From the NCBI GenBank assembly GCA_977862235.1, contig OZ374558.1:806001-870000 (forward strand): DNA of 64,000 bases, in the 5' to 3' direction. Position 1 is the first letter of the stretch. Each line of letters starts with the position of its first letter. Positions 57,453 through 64,000 of this stretch are shown here, in pieces. A program made the position numbers and the translations under genes. The notes beneath the pieces were generated by a model that saw nothing but the letters and a program-made list of their open reading frames with translations, searched no databases and was not told the origin of the DNA. This DNA is from Dudresnaya verticillata. Taxonomy: Eukaryota.

Positions 57453-60248
57453 ATGATCGGAGCAACAGCTTACATCATCCGCCTGCTACAGTACGGCATC
57501 TGGTGCCCCCGGATATTCCATTTACCGAGGGCTTAATCCTTCCACAAATACTTCAGTCACCCAAGGACCTTCGATTTGCAACCAAGGACCTCGAACAAGG
57601 GTGCCAGCTGGGCTATTATCAACTCATCAGTCGTAAATATGCCAAGCGCTGCGTAAATCGAGGCAAGCTGGTGTCGTCTGCATTTCTACAATGGTAAAGA
57701 GGGAAACCTCGCTTCGTTATCAATCTGAAAAAACAGAGTCAACATTGGCGGAAGCGTTCCGTGCAGATGGAGTCGCTGAGCTTGTTTTCATCCTGCTTAG
57801 TACGGGAGACCGCTTGCTTTCGTTCGACTGGAAATCTGGATACCGTCATTTTCGACTACATCCACGTATGTGGGATTGGTTTATTTTTCGTTACAACGGA
57901 CAGTACTACCGCTGTATAGCCCTCCCGTTCCGGTGGACGCGCAGCCCTTACTGATTCTGCCATATAATGAGCCCTTTAACGAGATACATGAGAGAGAAGA
58001 TGGGACTAAGGGTCTTGGTCTGGATAGACGACTATCTCATAGCCCCTGGTACCGACAACAGTCCAAGCACGCCCGCGTACTGTCGCCATATCTGTCATCC
58101 TCGACAACCTTTTCGCAAAGCTCGGGATGCTCCGCCGTCCGGAAAACGGCGTATGGGGCCCCGGTGCCACGCGAATAGAACATCTAGGAGTGATAATAGA
58201 CACCGAGTCGTTTCGTTTCTACATAACACCCAGAAACTGGAATCGATTCATGGAATGGGATCCCTACTACTACAGCAGAGCGCGACAGGTCGTCGATATG
58301 TCAGCGAGTCACTCCTAGTCTCCTTCACGAGCAGAGCTGTACCTCAGCTGCTTCCAGTCCCCCTTGCCTGATTGTTTACCCGCTCCCTTTATACAGCCCT
58401 CCGAGACCGCCCCGACGGGGGGTTGGAAAGGGACGTCGCGTGTCATTGTCAAACCAATCCTTACGGGACTTACGGTCTTGGCGCAGAATGCTACAAGGGG
58501 ACGGATGCCTACTGTGCTGCGGCCGAGATTCGTGGATGTAGTATAGACGTCGGGTCTATCCGACGTCTGATACTTGCTGATCCGAAGCCGCCACACAGAC
58601 CCGTCGATGGGTAGCTGTTGGGGTTGGTTGAGCGGTGTCGGCCGCGTGCGCCCCGCAGGTGCGGATCGACGGCGTCGATGCCGGAGCGCGCACGGGGCGT
58701 ACCGTACGCGGGTAGGCAGCGGCCGGATCCCAGCGTCCCTGTCGAAGGGCGGCACGAAGCCGACGAAAAGGAAAAGGAAAGGGGAAAGGTTAGCGAGGCA
58801 AGGGGAAGAAGGGAAACCGCCCGCTGGCATAAGGCAAAGGGATCGAACCCGAAAAGGTTGGGGGCAAGCTTCAGCGCGAGCTGTTGCTTGCCCGGTTTAC
58901 TGAGCCGTCGATGGCCGACGGTCTTAAATACCCTACACTATGTGCACTACGACTACTTCTACAGTAGGTGCGCCCCACAACACCAACGCGGGAGGTGTGC
59001 GAGCGCGCGCCCATACACGTGTCGACACGTCCGAGTAACGGTTACCCGTGGGCGCGCGCGGGGCGTAACGGGCAGCGGCCCTCTCAACGGCTCGATGCCG
59101 GAGAGCGTCACAGGGGCGCGCCGTGTGCGGCACGGCGCGCGGCCGCTGCCGGCAGCAATGCGGTCGACCGCTACTAATTTCAACGAAAAAACTAAGGGCA
59201 CGCTGCCCAACCACGACTCGCCAGCGGGCGTCATCGTGTGCACCATTACAGTGCGGCGCTGCCAGCATACCTTACAGCCGCTGCTGGTAGTGTGCTGACA
59301 GCTATACTACAGTGGAACCTGCACACCGACGCCGCAGATGTCTGTTTTGGGGGTACTTTAGGGAGAGACCTCACACCCGGGGCACCAGGATCTATCGAGG
59401 TGCAAGGCGTTTGGTCTCCGTTCCGGCGATTACAATCAATCAACCTACGAGATCTAGTGGCCGTCAGAAAATCTCTAGAGGACGCAGCAGTATCGGCGGT
59501 ACTAACAGGATGCAACAAAAGAATATTGTTGCACGTAGACAACCAGGTCTTCCTGAGAGTTATCACCAACATGGTTTCGTCCAGTCCGGTACTAATGGAC
59601 GAACTCCGCATGCTACACCACCTTCTAGAACGGATGAAAATTCAGATCAGGGCCGAATGGCTCCCCTCGGCAGTGAACAAATGGGCAGACCGCCTGAGTC
59701 GGACGTGGAATCCCCACGACCTGAGAGCTACGCCCTCCATCTTGGGATCACTAACCACATCACTCCAGTTGCAGCAGGTCCGCCGGTACTGGCCCTTGGG
59801 AGAAGCACCCGCAGCCAGGATGAAGACAATCCGCGCTCAATTCAACGAGAGTTGGGGGGACGGGAGGAGCAGACTCTGGAACCCACCTCCACAATGGCTC
59901 TCAGCGACCATAATGAAGATCAAGCGCGAGCAAGCACATGGAATCTTGGTCGCCCCGTTCTGGCCCGGGACGAACTGGTGGCGGCTCTTACAGTGCATCA
60001 CTCTCTCGGTACGCAAGCTGAAACCATCGCAGGGGCCATTGTTCAGCACCCATCACCCCAACCCCGCTTGGTCGCTAATTCTGGCAGAGGTCGGCATGCG
60101 GCCTCCGGGTATATCATGGAATCTATCAGGTCTCAACTTCCCAATACACCAGCTGGACGAACATCACTTGACTTATCCCGGCCTTCTATCGACCACAGTA
60201 CCGATGCTACTAAATCCTCCCAGTGGGAAAATTCAAACGCTTCTGTGA
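57453..60248 (+). pseudogene. RT-RNase H-MT-like ORF, second unit
   Basis: Copy of 52678-55473 at +4775. Confidence 0.88.
58537..59311 (-). mobile_element. Solo LTR with TSD GTGGA (duplicated with the unit)
   Basis: Same sequence and same insertion site as 53762-54536. Confidence 0.92.
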
Positions 60249-61125
60249 GTTAGAGGGGCACCAATCCCTTCCAGCGTCCATTGGAACAGTATTGGCCTAC
60301 ATCGTTTATCTTTATGAGGAAGGTAGGGTACACTCAAGTTCCCTACAACACTATCTATCTACAATAACAACTACACACCAGAGGCACCAATTGGCTGATC
60401 TCTGTACAGGACAGGCCCATAAGGATCTTTCCCGTGCATTTTCTCGGGCCGACGACGCAAGAGGTCAGCTGCAAGATACCCGTGCCGCACTGCCGGCTTC
60501 AATTTTATATCGAATCCGTACCTTGGGACTACTAGAAGAGGACGGTTCCGAGATCCAATATCAAGCGGCGTTAGTAGAGTTCCAGTTCCTCATGTCTTGC
60601 CGGGAGAGCTCAGCCCGAACACTGCTGCGCGAAGACGTGGAAATGCGGATCGGTTCACCATCAGACGACACAGATAACTCAGCACTCACTATCTCAGCCG
60701 ATCTCGAAATATGAAAGGCAGACCAGTGCGGGGAGCTCCTGCAAATATTCTAACCTGTTAAGGAGAAGGCAGCAATAATGCACTAGCCTTGCAACTCGGT
60801 TACTTTAATTTGCAACTGAACACACCACTGACGGAACAGTATTGATCGTATCAGGGAACTGTACCATCCCCACAGGATGTTACCAACATATTACGTCGTC
60901 TTTTACATAATCTCCAAGTTCATCCTCCACCACACTGTTACTACGCCTCTCACAGCTTGCGTAGTGGCTCGGTGTCAAGCCAGATCCTGGCAGGGGTTCC
61001 TCTTCCAGTAGTCGTACAGCGCGGCCAATGGAGCTCGGACAGGATGGTCACGAACGTTTTTTTATGGAAGACTGAAGTTCACAAAGGAAATGGTCCATTA
61101 TTTCCGGTGCCTCATCCCTTCAAAC
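60116..61125 (+). pseudogene. Tyrosine recombinase, second unit
   Basis: Copy of 55341-56350 at +4775. Confidence 0.88.
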
Positions 61126-61699
61126 TCGGCACCTCCCCCGCAAGGTGCTCCGAGGCGTTCCTGAAACGCCCTCTCCGTTATCGGTTTTCGTGTGCTGTAA
61201 AGCCTGTACGGAAATGAAAAGGTACTACTGCGGATAGAGAGCAATGCCGATCGTTCTACGGTTTATCGATCATAAGCTATCAACGATACGTTCGTCGATA
61301 CTCTGTTATATATATCGTATGAGCAATGCCAATATGCCATCAGGATGAATGCGCTCAATCCAACGAGAACAGGACCAACGCAGAATGTTCGAGGCCTCCA
61401 TATAAGGACAATAACAGTCCTAGAGCCACCAATCTACCGTGGTAAGTTCCGTCCTTTCTCCCACCCACCCGCTCCTTTTCACACAGACTTTAAGTTCACA
61501 AGTTGCCGTCCATTCTGGTCATGCAGACCTGGCAAAACAATGCAGAAATAGACTTTCTTTGCATTACTCATTTCTGAATGAAGTGGGTCTTCAAGAATAA
61601 AGGCTACATTTCCTTTTCACTTTGGATACGTATGTGTGTGTGGAGGTCTTGAGGGAAAGAAGTCTCCCCTCCATCATACCAATATCGTATGCCCCCTCA

Positions 61700-62385
61700 G
61701 AAACAAAACGTCAAACATGCATGTGCTTTTTTCTTGGTCCGACTGGCGAGTAACAAGTGGTCCGTTGCTTCTGCCTGGGATTTCATGAACGGAGTGTGAT
61801 TTCAGTCTTTGGAATGGGAATGCTCTTGAAACGCATGTTGGTCAAATAAGAGTTAAAGGTTCGTATGTACCTGTGGTAGGTATTCTGAGTCTTATTGTTG
61901 TTCCAGTCTTCTCGAAAGCCTTGCGAATATTTCTTTTGCATAACGCGCCCATGAACCGTACTAGAGTATCTCCTTTGCTATAGAAATTTAGAGGCGAGTA
62001 AGGCAACCGAGCCCCAATGTGATGGCAAACTTTTATTGGTTGCTTTAGGGGGTCTCGCTCGGGGGAATTAAAAGGCCCATGTGCAGGCACACCAGGGTCA
62101 GCTGCAGTGACAGCACTCCGTCACTGTAGTGTACTCCGCAGAGGGGGAAAGGGCAGCGGTGGTTTGTCTAAAATTGGACGGCTGTCGGCATGTTCGGAGA
62201 GGGAACCTCTGCAGAGCGAAGGGTGTGGATGGCGGCGATCGTACTGGCAATTCTGTGTAGCTCGTCGGGGTGGCGTCTGGCTTGGAGAGCACATGGAGGG
62301 CTTGGGTATGGGATCGAAGGGTTGCACGTTTGGCAGGGTCGTATTTGTGACTACCAAAAACAGAGGTTTGGAAAGTCATAGTCAT
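61700..62385 (-). pseudogene. Possible decayed gene whose 5' part survives only in repeat copy 3
   Basis: TATAAAAAG on the minus strand near 62397 followed by stop-interrupted frames 62121..62357 and 61842..62090; its 3' part is also at 41133-41310 and 46506-46683. Confidence 0.3.
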
Positions 62386-62874
62386 GCCCTTTTTATACCA
62401 AGCCAGTCATATTCAGTCAAATCGTAGTCATCTTTACATATCTACAACTTTCGCGGCAACTTTATGCACTAAGCGTTTAAAGTTGGCTGGCTGCGGGTGC
62501 AGAAACCCCTCTTGAGGTAATCTGATCTCCTGCAGCTCGCTTTTCACGCTCACGCGAATCATCTCAGAGATTTCCAGCGTACTTTACAAATACGGCCCTG
62601 ACGTTTGTTAGGGCAGGAAGGGGGAAGGGGTAAGGTGCCCAAGTGCCAGCGGATGGCCAGAAGTCTGTCACGGTAGTCGGCGAGTTACAGGGCCGGCGCG
62701 GGAAACGAAGAACGTGCAACTTAAAATTCAAAAGGCCTGTTACGAATAGATGCAAAACAACCTTGTTATAAAATGGTTTAATGAGACCTTTATGCATAGG
62801 AAAGGCTACAAACTTCCATAATGGTAGGTACATTTGACTGAGCCTTGCGCCACGGCCTCGAAATAGTACAGCTC

Positions 62875-64000
62875 TAGCAGATGCGCAAGAAAGATCCTTA
62901 TGGGACTGTCCTCAGCAGGGATCAGGTAATCTGTGCCTCTGGTGTGTAGTCCTTATCGTGGATAGATAATGTTGTAGGGAACTAGAATGTACCTACCTTC
63001 CTCAAAAAGATATCCGATTGTATTATAGCTGTCAGCACACCATCAGCAGCGGCTGTAAGGTATTCTGGAAGCCCCGCACTGTAATGGTGCGCACATTGAC
63101 GCCCGCTGGTGAGTCGTAGTTGGGCAGCGAGCCGCTAGTTGTTTCGTTGATCTTTAGCAGCGGTCGACCGCATTTCTGCTGGCAGCGGCCGCACGCCACG
63201 TCGCACACGGCGGGCCCCAATGACGCTCTCTGGCATCGAGCCGTTGAGAGGGCCGCTGCCCATCACGCCCTGCGCACGCCCATGGGTAGCCGTTACCCGG
63301 ACGTATCGACACCTTTATGGGCGCGCGCACGCGCACTTCCCATGCTGGTGCTGCAGGGGCGTACCCTCCGTAGATTAGCCATAGGCGCATACCTTGGTAC
63401 AGTATTTAAGGCCGTCTGCCATCGACGGCTCAGTAAACCGGGCAAGCAACAGCTTGCGCTGAAGCTTGGCCCCAGCCTTTCGGGTTCTTTCCCTTTCCTC
63501 TACGCCAGCGGGCAGTTCTCCTTTTCCCCTTGCCTCGCTAAGCTCATCTCTTCGTTTTCCTTTCCGTCGGATTCGTGCCGCCCTTCGAAAGGGACGCCGG
63601 GATCCGACCGCTGTCTCCCCGCGTACGGCACGCCCCGTGCGCGCTCCGGCATCGACGCCGTTGATCCGCACCTGCGGGGCGCACGCGGCCGACACCGCTC
63701 TTCCACAGTCAGCTACCCATCGACGGGTCTGTGTGGCGGCTTCGGACCAGCGAGTAGCAGACTTCGGATCGACCCGATGTTTATACTACACTGATATAGG
63801 CTAGCACTGTTCTACTGGACGTGGGAAATGAGTTGTGTCCTTCTACAACACTGAAGCATTCCAATTTTGCCCACTGGGAGGAATTAGTAGCATCGGTACT
63901 GTGGGCGATACTCTGCCGGCATAAGTCACGTGATGCTTGTCCACCTGGTTTATTGCGAAGTTAAGACCTGGTAGATTCCAAGATATACCCGGAGGTCGCA
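62875..64000 (-). mobile_element. Inverted, more diverged copy of the same DIRS-like family (YR N-terminal region; continues beyond the window)
   Basis: Reverse-complement similarity to 55321-55680, e.g. CCCACTGGGAGGA.TTAGTAGCATCGGTACTGTGG and GATTCCA.GATATACCCGGAGG. Confidence 0.85.
63019..63790 (+). mobile_element. Solo LTR, diverged member of the same family as 53762-54536
   Basis: TGTATTATAG...TTATACTACA ends; flanks CCGAT/CTGAT (TSD with one mismatch); colinear reverse-complement similarity to 53762-54536. Confidence 0.9.

Larger units (their letters stand above)
51641..61460 (+). mobile_element. Tandem dimer of a decayed DIRS/PAT-like tyrosine-recombinase retrotransposon, arranged A-body-A-body-A (period 4775 bp)
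   Basis: gag-like, RT, RNase H, methyltransferase-like and YR remnants; ~270-bp direct repeats at 51641, 56416 and 61191. Confidence 0.9.
38456..62020 (+). repeat. Tandem segmental amplification, unit 5373 bp: copies at 38456-43828 and 43829-49201; third copy 49202-51640 resuming at ~61620-62020
   Basis: Identical ORF sets offset by 5373; third copy split by the DIRS array. Confidence 0.97.

Overview
Eukaryotic, transposon-rich, intron-poor DNA. Gene style and TE types resemble florideophyte red algae, but that is an impression and cannot be proven from the sequence. 1-23.7 kb is a nest of Ty3/Gypsy chromoviruses. Element 1 (+, 3' half, LTR 6154-6927) and element 2 (-, 10296-23682, gag/pol plus two LTRs) each carry a large antisense ORF between pol and the 3' LTR. 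These two ORFs are homologous, and a third, much more divergent member of the same family lies broken between them (7673-10295). I do not recognise this protein family; it is the best candidate for an undescribed system. 24-38 kb holds a probable LTR, an intronless cytochrome P450 with a non-canonical I-helix, three stacked 3' fragments of an RLE-type (CRE-like) non-LTR retrotransposon, a membrane protein and a secreted Ig-like protein. 38.5-62 kb is a 5373-bp tandem amplification carrying a 4-finger C2H2 gene (x3) and a PAM2-motif gene (x2). The third copy is interrupted by a tandem dimer (period 4775 bp) of a decayed DIRS/PAT-like tyrosine-recombinase retrotransposon. That element and an inverted relative at the window end each carry an independent solo LTR of one family.
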